The notes under the pieces were generated by a model that saw only the letters and a program-made list of their open reading frames with translations, was not told the origin of the DNA and did not search any database. A DNA stretch of 64,000 bases from an uncultured Candidatus Poseidoniales archaeon (GTDB lineage Archaea > Thermoplasmatota > Poseidoniia > Poseidoniales > Thalassarchaeaceae), in the NCBI GenBank assembly GCA_964386765.1, contig CAYLUC010000005.1, positions 3,201-67,200 of the forward strand, given 5' to 3'. Shown here one piece after another: positions 39,558 through 49,010 of the stretch. A program made the translations under genes and the position numbers. Every line of letters starts with the position of its first letter. The first letter of the stretch is position 1.

Positions 39558-39995
39558 ATGAGCTCAAAATGGGACACACGTTTCCTAAATCTTGCAAAGC
39601 ACATCTCGGATTGGTCGAAAGACCCCTCAACCAAGGTTGGTTGTGTTGTTGTGGGCGAAGATCGAGAAATCCGCTCAACCGGATTCAATGGATTTCCAAG
39701 GGGAATCGAAGACACCGCTTCTAGGCTTAACGATCGCGAGCAGAAGTATCCAATGATTTGCCATGCTGAAGAGAATGCAATTATGCATGCAGCTAGAATA
39801 GGCATCTCTCTCAAAGACTGCACAGCCTATGTTACTTGGCCCCCATGTTCTCGTTGCGCTCGTTCTTTGATCCAGGCTGGTGTTGGAGAAGTAGTGTATC
39901 CTTCAGATTGTGAGATACCAGAGAGATGGGAGTCTGATTTCGAGATTGCAACGAGTATGTTCAATGAATCAGGCGTATCCTATCGCTCAGCCTGA
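39558..39995 (+). CDS. dCMP deaminase
   Basis: SKDPSTKVGC, TGFNGFP, HAEENAI and PCSRC zinc-binding motifs. Confidence 0.95.
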   Translation: MSSKWDTRFLNLAKHISDWSKDPSTKVGCVVVGEDREIRSTGFNGFPRGIEDTASRLNDREQKYPMICHAEENAIMHAARIGISLKDCTAYVTWPPCSRCARSLIQAGVGEVVYPSDCEIPERWESDFEIATSMFNESGVSYRSA

Positions 39996-40568
39996 TTAAT
40001 TGGATAGGATAACCCAGAGCTCCTCGAGGTCAGCGTGCAATTCCTCCAAACTCCCATCATTCACCAAAATCAGGTCTGCCAGTGCTGCGGTTGCGTTCAG
40101 AGCCTGCCCTGACTCATCCTTGGCAACGGCCTCTATCTCTTCATTAGCGAAGAAGGTCTCTTTGTCAGAAATATCTCCTGTTCTTGCACGGGACTGCGCT
40201 CTTTGCCAGCGTGCTTCCATCCCCGATCGAACTTCGATTAGAATGAAATCCTCACGTTGTCGTAGGGCTTCGACCTCACCAGGCGTCCTAATCGAATCGA
40301 TGACAGCATCCCCCTCTCCAATCCTCTTGAGTAACATTTCAGCGAGGATGCCAGATCCACCGATTCGGCGTAATTCATTACCACCTTCGATCAAGCTCTC
40401 CCGAGACTCTTCTATTCCTTTCTCTTTGAGATGAGCACGAATGGAATCAGAGCAGGATTCACTACTGACTCCCTTGGAAACAAGCCAAGCAACAACTGTT
40501 GATTTGCCCGAGGCATAGCGACCGGTCAGTCCTATCAGCACGTGCTGATGCGCGGGACTCCCGGGCAT
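39996..40568 (-). CDS. P-loop nucleotide kinase (dephospho-CoA kinase/NMP kinase-like, COG0237-related)
   Basis: IGLTGRYASGKST, VIDSIRTPGEVE, ADLILVNDGSLEEL motifs. Confidence 0.75.
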   Translation of the reverse strand: MPGSPAHQHVLIGLTGRYASGKSTVVAWLVSKGVSSESCSDSIRAHLKEKGIEESRESLIEGGNELRRIGGSGILAEMLLKRIGEGDAVIDSIRTPGEVEALRQREDFILIEVRSGMEARWQRAQSRARTGDISDKETFFANEEIEAVAKDESGQALNATAALADLILVNDGSLEELHADLEELWVILSN

Positions 40569-40576
40569 AGTGGTTT

Positions 40577-43552
40577 CTAGCCCCAGAACCTTCTAGTCCT
40601 AGCATATTGCAGTTCTGCGTTGTGGATTGCTCGAAGTAGCCTTACCCTGTCCCCCGGTGGCCCTCTCAGCAATCTGGTTGCAGTATCCTCACCGACCCCC
40701 CTGCCCATGAGGCATAGAACAGCGTCCTGTCCGTGAGTCCTGAGAAGCTCCGCGTTCCTCTGCATCCTCCCACTGACCTTAGGGTCCTTGCTTGCCACCC
40801 ACTCAGAGAGCATCGACTCCATCCTCTCTGGGGCGCAGGCCTGCATAGTTCCACCACACGTGGAACATGGTTCAATGACAGTCATTCGTTCCACCCTCCT
40901 CCTGGTCTTGCCCATGCAGTTCAGACAGATTAGGACGGTCCTTTCGTTCAGTAGTCGCTTCTCCAAGCGCTCCCTGATTTCTGCATCGCTCCACGCAGGG
41001 AGGAGCAAGTCTCTCTCTGCTCTGGGCGAAACGCCCAGTCTTCCAGCGGGCGTGTGGTGAATTGCAATACCTCCTCCTTGCAGGCCTCTGAGCAGATCCT
41101 GGGTGGCATCGATGTCCATCCTCTCATGGAACAATTTGTCCAGGGCCTCCTCGATTACGGGAGTTCCTCTATATCGGCTCATCAAACCTTCGAGGTTCAC
41201 CTTCCTCGGGTCAACGCCCTTCTTCAGGACCCCCATCCTCCTAGCCACTTGGACCACCCTCCACCTCACAGCTCGGCCGTTTGGGATTGTCATCCTCATT
41301 ATCGATGGAAGGGCCTCTGCCGAGGTCCCCGTTAGCCACTCTATCACATTGCCCGGAGTGACTCCAGGCACCTGCAGGGAAATTCTGTATGGGTCGATAA
41401 TTGCCCTCCCCATCCTCCCCTCGTTGAGCGAACCCATTGCCTGTAGGAAGTGTGCCAGGGTCTCGTTCACTCTTGATCCATGGCAAGTGTTCAGGATTAC
41501 AGCCCCATCCCTCTCGGAAACGGTCATGGTCCGGTCGTCAGGGAGTATCCCGGAGGAATCCAGATGCTCTGCAACGCATCCCATGAATGCCTCTCTTGCA
41601 TCATCGGACAATGGGTACGAGTCCAAATCGGCGACACCCCCCTCATCATCCATTGCCCCCATTGCAATGGCAGCGCTCCTCCTCAATTGCCCGACTTCGA
41701 TAGCCACTTCGATTGGAACAGGAGGCAGTTCCCCGGACCAGACTGGCACCTCTCCAGTGTCCTTCACCGGAACGACGAGAAGCTCTTCCTGCTCTGGATC
41801 GGCATCAACTATCTGCCAAGTCCTCCCGGCCATGACGAAAGTCCTCGTTCTTGCTAGGTCCCCATCGTCATCCCCTCCGAGAGACAGAACAAATGCCTCA
41901 TCCACTGTACCAATTATCCCTCTGCCAACAGCATCCCTGACTCTGTAGGAAAGCTCATCCGGAATCATCGAGATGTGCTCAATACGAGTTCTCCCAAGTC
42001 TCCCCGAGGGGGAAAACCAACCCTTCGAAAGAGAATCCGGTAGCGCAACTAAGAATTGCCGCTTCCACTTCTCCTTGTCATCCTCTGAATGCTCCTCTTC
42101 CCAAGACGGCCTCTCATCCGGAGCATCGCCCTCAGTCCTTATTGAGAGCTCCCTCCATAGGCTTGCCGGCCATGTCGTGACATCAGAATCTGCTGGGTCC
42201 TCGATTAGTCTGATCATCCACCTGTCATTGAGAACCCTAAGGATCGAGATAGTACTCTCTTCATTCCAATCATTGAAAATCGAGCAATTGGACACTATCT
42301 CAGTAGCAAGCCCGAGGGGTACAACCCCTCTTTCTATAGACATCTGAAGAAACTGATTTGCAGCTACAACAGCCGGATTAGTTCGCCACTCCACTCCTTC
42401 GAGCTCCCCTGCCATGGCCCTCCTTGAGATTACGGCCCCCTCTGCGATCTCATCAATCTCCCAGGCTAGCAACTCCCCTCTTCCAGAACCGCCTAGATGA
42501 TGTTCGGCTCTCCCCATTCTCTGGAGTAGCCTGTCTACTGCTCTGGGACTTTGCATCTGGTGGACTCTTCGGATGCTACCAATGTCTATCCCCAACTCAA
42601 GGCTGCTGGTGCAAATTATACCATGCAGAGAGCCACTCCTCAGTGCCTCTTCCATCTCCCGACGAGTCTCAGCTGCAAGGCTCCCATGATGCACACCCAG
42701 ACGAAGGTCGCCATTCATGTTGCCAAGCCTCTGGGCAACCGACTCTGCGGCGTTACGAGAATTCACGAATACAAGAGCGGGACTCTCATTCAGAAGCGAA
42801 CCGACGAGACGCCTGTGTGCCGCTACGGCATGTGGCGTGCTGGACCAATTCACCGCCTCTGACTCATCAGAAACGTTAGGAGGCTCTCTATGAACCACAA
42901 CTTCAGTGGTCCTCGGAGCAGGCCCATGTATCGCAGACGCATCTGCAGACACCCATCTTGCCATCTCCTCTGGATTGCCCACAGTCGCCGACAAACCGAC
43001 TCTCTGGAAGTCTCTCGGGCAATAGGCCCTGATCCTTTCCAATCCAACCAGCAATTGCCCCCCCCTCTCAGAAGATGCAAGATCATGCACCTCGTCCAGA
43101 ACTACGGCCTTTATTCCAGCCAGATGGGTCCTAAGTCTGCTGCCTAGGAGCATTATCTGTGCAGTTTCAGGAGTGGTGACTAGCAGGTTGGGAGGACTTT
43201 TGGATTGCTTGGTCCTAACTTTCTGAGGGGTGTCTCCATGCCTCAGTCCAACACTTAGCCCCAGAGGCTCAAGCATCGCTGCGAGCCTTCTGTCTATGTC
43301 CCTGTTTAGGGCCCTTAGTGGTGTGATGTAGAGTATTGAAAGACCACTCCAACCCTCTTCCAGGCACCTTGAGACTAGGGGTAGAATGGCCGCCTCAGTT
43401 TTCCCGCTTCCAGTGGGGGCAACCAGAACTCGGTCGAGTCCGTTCATCAGGTCCGGAATCGAGGCCTCTTGAATTGGAGTCAATTTCCAACCCAGGTTAG
43501 AAACAAGCTCCCCGACTCTTGGATGGAGGGAACTGGCCGACTCGCCACTCAT
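40577..43552 (-). CDS. lhr: Archaeal Lhr-family SF2 helicase with C-terminal Cys-rich region
   Basis: APTGSGKTEAA, ITPLRALNRD, TTPET, DEVH, LSATVG, HHGSL, SSLELGIDIG, QRMGRA; CLNC..CSTC near the C-terminus. Confidence 0.93.
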   Translation of the reverse strand: MSGESASSLHPRVGELVSNLGWKLTPIQEASIPDLMNGLDRVLVAPTGSGKTEAAILPLVSRCLEEGWSGLSILYITPLRALNRDIDRRLAAMLEPLGLSVGLRHGDTPQKVRTKQSKSPPNLLVTTPETAQIMLLGSRLRTHLAGIKAVVLDEVHDLASSERGGQLLVGLERIRAYCPRDFQRVGLSATVGNPEEMARWVSADASAIHGPAPRTTEVVVHREPPNVSDESEAVNWSSTPHAVAAHRRLVGSLLNESPALVFVNSRNAAESVAQRLGNMNGDLRLGVHHGSLAAETRREMEEALRSGSLHGIICTSSLELGIDIGSIRRVHQMQSPRAVDRLLQRMGRAEHHLGGSGRGELLAWEIDEIAEGAVISRRAMAGELEGVEWRTNPAVVAANQFLQMSIERGVVPLGLATEIVSNCSIFNDWNEESTISILRVLNDRWMIRLIEDPADSDVTTWPASLWRELSIRTEGDAPDERPSWEEEHSEDDKEKWKRQFLVALPDSLSKGWFSPSGRLGRTRIEHISMIPDELSYRVRDAVGRGIIGTVDEAFVLSLGGDDDGDLARTRTFVMAGRTWQIVDADPEQEELLVVPVKDTGEVPVWSGELPPVPIEVAIEVGQLRRSAAIAMGAMDDEGGVADLDSYPLSDDAREAFMGCVAEHLDSSGILPDDRTMTVSERDGAVILNTCHGSRVNETLAHFLQAMGSLNEGRMGRAIIDPYRISLQVPGVTPGNVIEWLTGTSAEALPSIMRMTIPNGRAVRWRVVQVARRMGVLKKGVDPRKVNLEGLMSRYRGTPVIEEALDKLFHERMDIDATQDLLRGLQGGGIAIHHTPAGRLGVSPRAERDLLLPAWSDAEIRERLEKRLLNERTVLICLNCMGKTRRRVERMTVIEPCSTCGGTMQACAPERMESMLSEWVASKDPKVSGRMQRNAELLRTHGQDAVLCLMGRGVGEDTATRLLRGPPGDRVRLLRAIHNAELQYARTRRFWG

Positions 43553-43590
43553 GACCCTCTGCCAGAGTCATCCCGGAAAACCCTCTCCCC

Positions 43591-44880
43591 TCATGGATGG
43601 GGGGGAACTTCATCGGACCAGTGAGACATCTTGTTCATCGTAATTGTAACGTTCGTTATTTCACCATCTTCCCAGTAGTCCACTGCAACGAAAGTTGGCC
43701 TGTTGTCCATTATCTCCCAGCACTCAATCGATCTGTTCAGTAGGAAATCATAGTCATTCACCTCTCCAGCCCTAAGTGGATCGGGGAGTCCGAAGGCGTT
43801 GGAAAGCCAGTTGTTCAGATGCCAAACCGGCTGGGAGCCATCCCCCCTGTAAACCGTGCAAGTCATGTCTTCGGGATTATCTTCAGCATAATCTGTTGTC
43901 CAACTGAAAACACCGAAGTCATGTATCCAAGGGTACGAGTCGTCTTGTCCCTGTTCCCAGAAGACCACTAAGTCGGTTCCACCCAGAACCATGTCCCCTA
44001 TGCTGGGCCAGGAACTTCCCAATGTGTGGGTGTAAATTCTCTCTGACATCCCCGTCTGCTCGAAAAGGTACTCCAAATGGGATGCAGGCACAGTATTCTC
44101 GATTAGCAATGTAACGACATCCCCACTGCTGTTGTTCATCAGTGAGTTCAACAGATCAAGCCATTCAAAGGCATTAATCTCGCCATATTGGCAGGGATGG
44201 AAGAATTGTCCAGTACCATGGCAGAACCTGACATCCTCTTGCGTGGTGTTCTCATATGTTCTGTGATGAGTGTCAACCATGAATGCCCTGATTCCCCCGT
44301 CCCATTGAGATTGAAGCCCGGTATAGTGGTTAACGCCAATCAAAACACCGTCCTCAACAGAAGAGTAGGCATTGTGAGTCTCCGGGAAAGTGAAGTCATC
44401 ATATGACCTCATGCAATACACAGACTCGCCGTGACAGGACATGTAATCTTCAGGATCAAGGGGGTCAAAACCCCTCTCTTCCTCCCAGTCATTGGGCAAC
44501 CCATCTCCATCTGCGTCCTCGTCATTCATGTCGCACTCACCGTCACCATCCAAGTCACTGGGAATTGACGAGGAATTGGATGGGTCCGTCAGACAGGCCT
44601 CTTCCTCAACATCGTCCCAATTGTCCCCATCATCGTCATCATCCAGTAGGCTACAGATGAAATCCCCGTCCTCATCGTCAGGAACATCATCTCCGTCCAA
44701 AGGATCAGAACTACAATTGAACTCCACTTCATCCGCCCAACCATCACCGTCGTCGTCGATATCCTCGGAGTCACTAATCCCATCCCCATCCAAATCTGGG
44801 GGTGCCGTGGAAAGGCACCCAGAGCACAGTAGTAGGAGACAAATCAGCAGAGATAGCGGTCTTTCTCCCACAGCCCCCAC
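43591..44880 (-). CDS. Lipoprotein with thrombospondin type-3-like Ca-binding repeats and a PI-PLC-like phosphodiesterase domain
   Basis: Lipobox-like LLCSGC; repeated DxDGDGxxD; ETHNAYS, GGIRAFMVDTH, FCHG, VVTLLIEN motifs of the PI-PLC X-box. Confidence 0.82.
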   Translation of the reverse strand: MGAVGERPLSLLICLLLLCSGCLSTAPPDLDGDGISDSEDIDDDGDGWADEVEFNCSSDPLDGDDVPDDEDGDFICSLLDDDDDGDNWDDVEEEACLTDPSNSSSIPSDLDGDGECDMNDEDADGDGLPNDWEEERGFDPLDPEDYMSCHGESVYCMRSYDDFTFPETHNAYSSVEDGVLIGVNHYTGLQSQWDGGIRAFMVDTHHRTYENTTQEDVRFCHGTGQFFHPCQYGEINAFEWLDLLNSLMNNSSGDVVTLLIENTVPASHLEYLFEQTGMSERIYTHTLGSSWPSIGDMVLGGTDLVVFWEQGQDDSYPWIHDFGVFSWTTDYAEDNPEDMTCTVYRGDGSQPVWHLNNWLSNAFGLPDPLRAGEVNDYDFLLNRSIECWEIMDNRPTFVAVDYWEDGEITNVTITMNKMSHWSDEVPPHP

Positions 44881-44991
44881 TCCGGTACCCCACTCATGAA
44901 TTAATCGGATTATGATAGAATCTGGCTATGGATTAGCGGAACGACCCGTCGGAAGGCACTAATCATGTGTGCCTGACGCCGGTATGAGAAA

Positions 44992-45807
44992 ATGGCACGG
45001 GCAAGCACTAGGAGGAAGGGGTTTTTCGCCAGATGGTGGGATTCTCAGACAGATAGTCAGTTTCAGATAATCGTGTACTCAACAATCCTTTCCACGGCAG
45101 CCTCGGTATGGGGCTTCTTGTTCCTATTCATGCTAGGGGGGGCGACTGACCCAACTCAGGAGGAGTACATGATACCGTTTAGCTGGGCTTGCCTTATTTT
45201 TGGTGGTCTGGTTGCCTTCTTTGTGGTTCCTGAGTTCATGCACTACATGAGCCACAGAGCAGTAATCGAGGATATCCTATCATTGGACTCCCGTCCTGAG
45301 GTTCTGCGCAGGAGGAAGGAGGCAGAGGATGCGGCTGACATACTGGGCAAATCTTACCAGTCTCGGCTAATGGGACTCTACTCAGAGTTCGAGATAAAGG
45401 GAGGAAAGAGGTACAAGGTCCCAGTTCCTAGCTCCAGAGGTGCCAGCATCTACTCGGACAAATCACTGGCTGGGAGAATATCAAATTGGTGGGGGACCGA
45501 GGAATCCAGACTGTCAATGTGGTTGCCGGGACTACAAAACCTCGAACAACAGAACTCAAACAGATCAATAATCGTACTTTCGGGCACATCCCTATTCTTA
45601 TTGTCATGGAACACGTTCTTCGGAATTGTCACAGGTAGTAGCGGAGCTAGGGATCACACACTGGACCTCTCGGCATATATCGGTGGAGCAGAAGAAATCC
45701 ACCAACTCGCACCGCACTTCGATTCGGTCTCACTCCTCCTGATAGCCTTCATGGGAACTGTCCTGTGGTCGACAATGCCAGAATCTGCATTGGATGAGGA
45801 GGAATGA
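44992..45807 (+). CDS. Membrane protein, N-terminal part resembling DUF3198
   Basis: Two N-terminal TMs followed by a charged helix (RPEVLRRRKEAEDAADIL); two more TMs. Family call is tentative. Confidence 0.55.
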   Translation: MARASTRRKGFFARWWDSQTDSQFQIIVYSTILSTAASVWGFLFLFMLGGATDPTQEEYMIPFSWACLIFGGLVAFFVVPEFMHYMSHRAVIEDILSLDSRPEVLRRRKEAEDAADILGKSYQSRLMGLYSEFEIKGGKRYKVPVPSSRGASIYSDKSLAGRISNWWGTEESRLSMWLPGLQNLEQQNSNRSIIVLSGTSLFLLSWNTFFGIVTGSSGARDHTLDLSAYIGGAEEIHQLAPHFDSVSLLLIAFMGTVLWSTMPESALDEEE

Positions 45808-46619
45808 CATTGTCCAGAGCCGTTCTAAGGGAGGCCTACCTCGCCTTGGGACTAGTCTCAATACTACTCGGATCAATGTGGGTGGCAACAGGCTCCTTCC
45901 CTCCAATGGTAGTGGTCGAGTCCGGCTCAATGATGCATGATGATGATGGTTCAGTGGGGTCAATAGATCCGGGTGACTTGGTCCTCGTCATGAACCCAGA
46001 TAGGAAAGAAGTCATCACCTTCGCAGAAGCCACCCAGGAAGGGAACGAGAACTATGGGTACCAGTCCCACGGAATGCCGGGCGATGTGGTAGTCTACAAG
46101 AAGAACGGGGGGACTGATACCCCGGTAATCCACAGGGCTCTACTGAAGGCAGTATCCAATGACTCAGGAGGGTGGGATGTCCCCGGAACGACCCTTGTGA
46201 ATGTATCATCTATAGATTGGACACTCGACTATCAGTGCCCATACCATGGTGGTTTCTACAATCTGGAAATTAAGGACTGGATACCCCCTCACGAGGGCTA
46301 TCTGACAACGGGGGATAACGAAGAAACCAATGGCTGCAAGATAGATCAGAGAGTAGCAACGGGGGACGATCCAAAACAAGGCTTGAGGGATGAGTTCGGA
46401 AATCCAGTAAAAGCGGTAAAGGATGAATGGATAGTCGGCGTGGCTTCTTCAGAGATACCTTGGATTGGAGCAGCAAAACTGATTCTATCTCCTAATCCGG
46501 GGGCCTCTCAGGTCACAGACAAGACATGGACAAGTCTTGCCATGGTCGTAGCCATGATATTCATAGCCCCAATGGCGATTGAATTCATCTCTGGAAATCG
46601 TAATGGGGAAGAAGAGTGA
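45804..46619 (+). CDS. Signal peptidase I (S26, archaeal Ser/His type)
   Basis: VVVESGSMMH (catalytic Ser), GDVVVY, PVIHRA (His), TTGDN, IPWIG motifs. Confidence 0.92.
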   Translation: MTLSRAVLREAYLALGLVSILLGSMWVATGSFPPMVVVESGSMMHDDDGSVGSIDPGDLVLVMNPDRKEVITFAEATQEGNENYGYQSHGMPGDVVVYKKNGGTDTPVIHRALLKAVSNDSGGWDVPGTTLVNVSSIDWTLDYQCPYHGGFYNLEIKDWIPPHEGYLTTGDNEETNGCKIDQRVATGDDPKQGLRDEFGNPVKAVKDEWIVGVASSEIPWIGAAKLILSPNPGASQVTDKTWTSLAMVVAMIFIAPMAIEFISGNRNGEEE

Positions 46620-48131
46620 CTAGTAGAACAAGGGCATGATTAATGGAATAATAATTATGCTGAGGACTACAATCGTAGTGTAGTAACTGAATTTGTTCGC
46701 TAGAATCTCAACTTTCATCGGGTTCTCATTTCTGAATACTCTGGAAAGCAAAGAGTGTGACGTGTCCTTGACAATGTGCCCCCCATCGAATGGAACTATG
46801 GGTATGAGATTCGCAAAGCCAAGTAGGAAATTTATCCATGCCATCCAGAAGATGCAATCGAATAGATTTAGCATGCCTTCAGTACCCAGAGCTGAAGCCA
46901 ACCCTCCATCTCCTGCCATCAGCATGGACCTCTCATGTAGATCCATCGTCTGTCCGTCATGTTGCATGGGGGTTCCTAGCATTAACAAAGGAGTAACCGC
47001 CGTCAGAACAACAGTATCTCGTAAGGAATATCTGCCATCAACAATGTATGAGAACTTGTCAGACTGCACGGTCCCAGAACGAATATTGCTGACCCCTAGG
47101 AAAGCGTCTCCCTGTTCTATCCCGAGAGAATCAAGGGCTGTTTCAGTTTCCTCCAAACAGCTTTCATCACCATCGCAGAGGTCAAGATAGTATTGATGCC
47201 TATCACCAAGAATGACTATTTTCTCTGAAGGCCCCCCACTTTCCTCTGAGTACGGTATGATTGTGAACGAAGCCTCATCCCCTGCTGACAATGTACTCAT
47301 TTGCTCTGAAAAAGAATTGTAGTCATCGATTTCCACTCCGTTAATTTCGGTAATGATGTCATAAGGCATGATTCCTGCATCATCCGCACCCCCTCCCTCA
47401 ATTACGGCCAAAGCATGAACTCCTGGGTTTACGGCAACGAAGCCACTGGAAACCACTCCCAGCAGTACAAGAGAGATGAACGTGGCAACGATGTTGATTG
47501 AAGGCCCAGCTGCATAGAGTCTGACCCTCTCCCTCCTGGGGGCAATTGACATGTCTAGATGTTCTGGCTCTGCGAAAGCCCCTACTGGCAGAGGCCCCAT
47601 CAACAACAATCCAAAATTCCTAACCTCCATGCCGTGGGCACGAGCCTGAATTCCATGGCTGTACTCGTGAATAATCAAGGCCACTACCAATGCCAATACT
47701 GGCCACCAGAACGGAACAAAACTAGTCACTCCGGGAATCAGGAGAATATCAGTGGCTGGAAGAACTTCCTGCGGCGGGTTCCTTATGGAGGAAACCAATG
47801 AGCTAGAAATCAGGTAGACGACACCTGCCATCAGTAAGAAGCAAATCCAAATCGAGAACTCCCCAAAACCCCTCCAGAATTTTCGATTCTTTGAAACATA
47901 TTCCAGTAGAGACTTACCTCTGTTGGTCCTAGCCATGAGGATAATTCCAAGGACTCTGTCGAAGTTCCAACTGTCTAGGTGACCACTCTCTTCAAGATAG
48001 CCCAGTGAATAGTACCAGATACCGATTGATGCCACTAGCCAGAAGGGAGCCACACCGTAGTAAATCAGCATAATCAGGATTAATATGGGTATTACCGAGC
48101 CCCTTCGCTCCCCTCCCTCATCCATGGACAT
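46620..48131 (-). CDS. Site-2 protease (M50) with PDZ domain
   Basis: IHEYSHG zinc motif, GAFAEP, YAAGPSIN, NLIPIVPFDGG; PDZ-like AGIMPYDIITEING. Confidence 0.95.
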   Translation of the reverse strand: MSMDEGGERRGSVIPILILIMLIYYGVAPFWLVASIGIWYYSLGYLEESGHLDSWNFDRVLGIILMARTNRGKSLLEYVSKNRKFWRGFGEFSIWICFLLMAGVVYLISSSLVSSIRNPPQEVLPATDILLIPGVTSFVPFWWPVLALVVALIIHEYSHGIQARAHGMEVRNFGLLLMGPLPVGAFAEPEHLDMSIAPRRERVRLYAAGPSINIVATFISLVLLGVVSSGFVAVNPGVHALAVIEGGGADDAGIMPYDIITEINGVEIDDYNSFSEQMSTLSAGDEASFTIIPYSEESGGPSEKIVILGDRHQYYLDLCDGDESCLEETETALDSLGIEQGDAFLGVSNIRSGTVQSDKFSYIVDGRYSLRDTVVLTAVTPLLMLGTPMQHDGQTMDLHERSMLMAGDGGLASALGTEGMLNLFDCIFWMAWINFLLGFANLIPIVPFDGGHIVKDTSHSLLSRVFRNENPMKVEILANKFSYYTTIVVLSIIIIPLIMPLFY

Positions 48132-48205
48132 AGCCAGAAGTCATGACTATTCAACATGCACTATCGGATAGTAATTGACTTGAGGGAGGGCCAACTCCAA
48201 GGCAT

Positions 48206-48388
48206 ATGGGCGAACTTCGGGATGCAGAGGAAGGCAACCGCAAGGTGAATAGAGAGATAGACTCACTCAGAAGGGAAAGGGACAGCGTTCAGCGACTGAT
48301 CAACCAAGTAAAGTTAGAGGAAGTCAGAGCTTCCCTGGAGTCCATTAGAAGCAGGATGGACGCAATAGAAAAGATCCTTGACAACTAG
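48206..48388 (+). CDS. Small coiled-coil hypothetical protein
   Basis: 60 aa with heptad periodicity; GAGGGAGG SD-like element upstream; overlaps the hjc stop by 4 nt. Confidence 0.55.
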   Translation: MGELRDAEEGNRKVNREIDSLRRERDSVQRLINQVKLEEVRASLESIRSRMDAIEKILDN

Positions 48389-48966
48389 TCTATCACTATA
48401 CCAAGGGAATCCGCATTCTTGGAGTTTCCAATCAATCTAGCCCCGTCCGATCTACAAACGAGAGCTAGGAACCGGTGAAGGGGCATTCCCTGTTCCCAAT
48501 CGAGGAATTGCTTTCCATTCCTAGTCAGTGGCAGGGAAGGTATGCTCCTTGAGAGGTGCCTCAACTTCCCACTGAGCCCCTCGACTTCGACTTTCATTAT
48601 TCTCCAACTATCCCCCCTAACTCCCTTTAGCCTGTATGCGTAGAGGGGTAGCAGCCCACATCTCTCACCTGTCTCTTTCAATGACTCGTACTGGTCCCAA
48701 GTCCTTCCTGAAAGGTACAGTTTGGATGTTTTCGAGGATTTAACTTCCACGGGAAAGCACATATCGCCCCTCAGTACGAGGAGGTCACCAGTGCCCTCTG
48801 AACCACTCCCCGGAGCACGAACAACCAGGAAAGGCCTCTGGGTGACCTGCATAGCTCTGGCCCTCTCCATCTCGGAGCAAGATCTGGTTATGGCCCTGAC
48901 GCCACTGACCTCCCCAGCAAGAACCGAACGGAGCTCCCTCTCGTATTGGCTCCCGATGCTTCCCAT
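48385..48966 (-). CDS. hjc: Archaeal Holliday junction resolvase
   Basis: GSQYERELRSVL, RAPGSG, GDLLVLRG, PVEVKSS (PD-(D/E)xK nuclease). Confidence 0.85.
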   Translation of the reverse strand: MGSIGSQYERELRSVLAGEVSGVRAITRSCSEMERARAMQVTQRPFLVVRAPGSGSEGTGDLLVLRGDMCFPVEVKSSKTSKLYLSGRTWDQYESLKETGERCGLLPLYAYRLKGVRGDSWRIMKVEVEGLSGKLRHLSRSIPSLPLTRNGKQFLDWEQGMPLHRFLALVCRSDGARLIGNSKNADSLGIVID

Positions 48967-49010
48967 GGGGTGAGCCGATTCTCAGGGTTCTTGAGGACAT
49001 TGGTAAATGT

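Noticed and set aside
44480-44800. Short GAT/GAC-rich repeats as a CRISPR array or tandem DNA repeat
   Set aside because: They are the coding sequence of Asp-rich TSP3-like repeats; there are no identical direct repeats with unique spacers and no cas genes.
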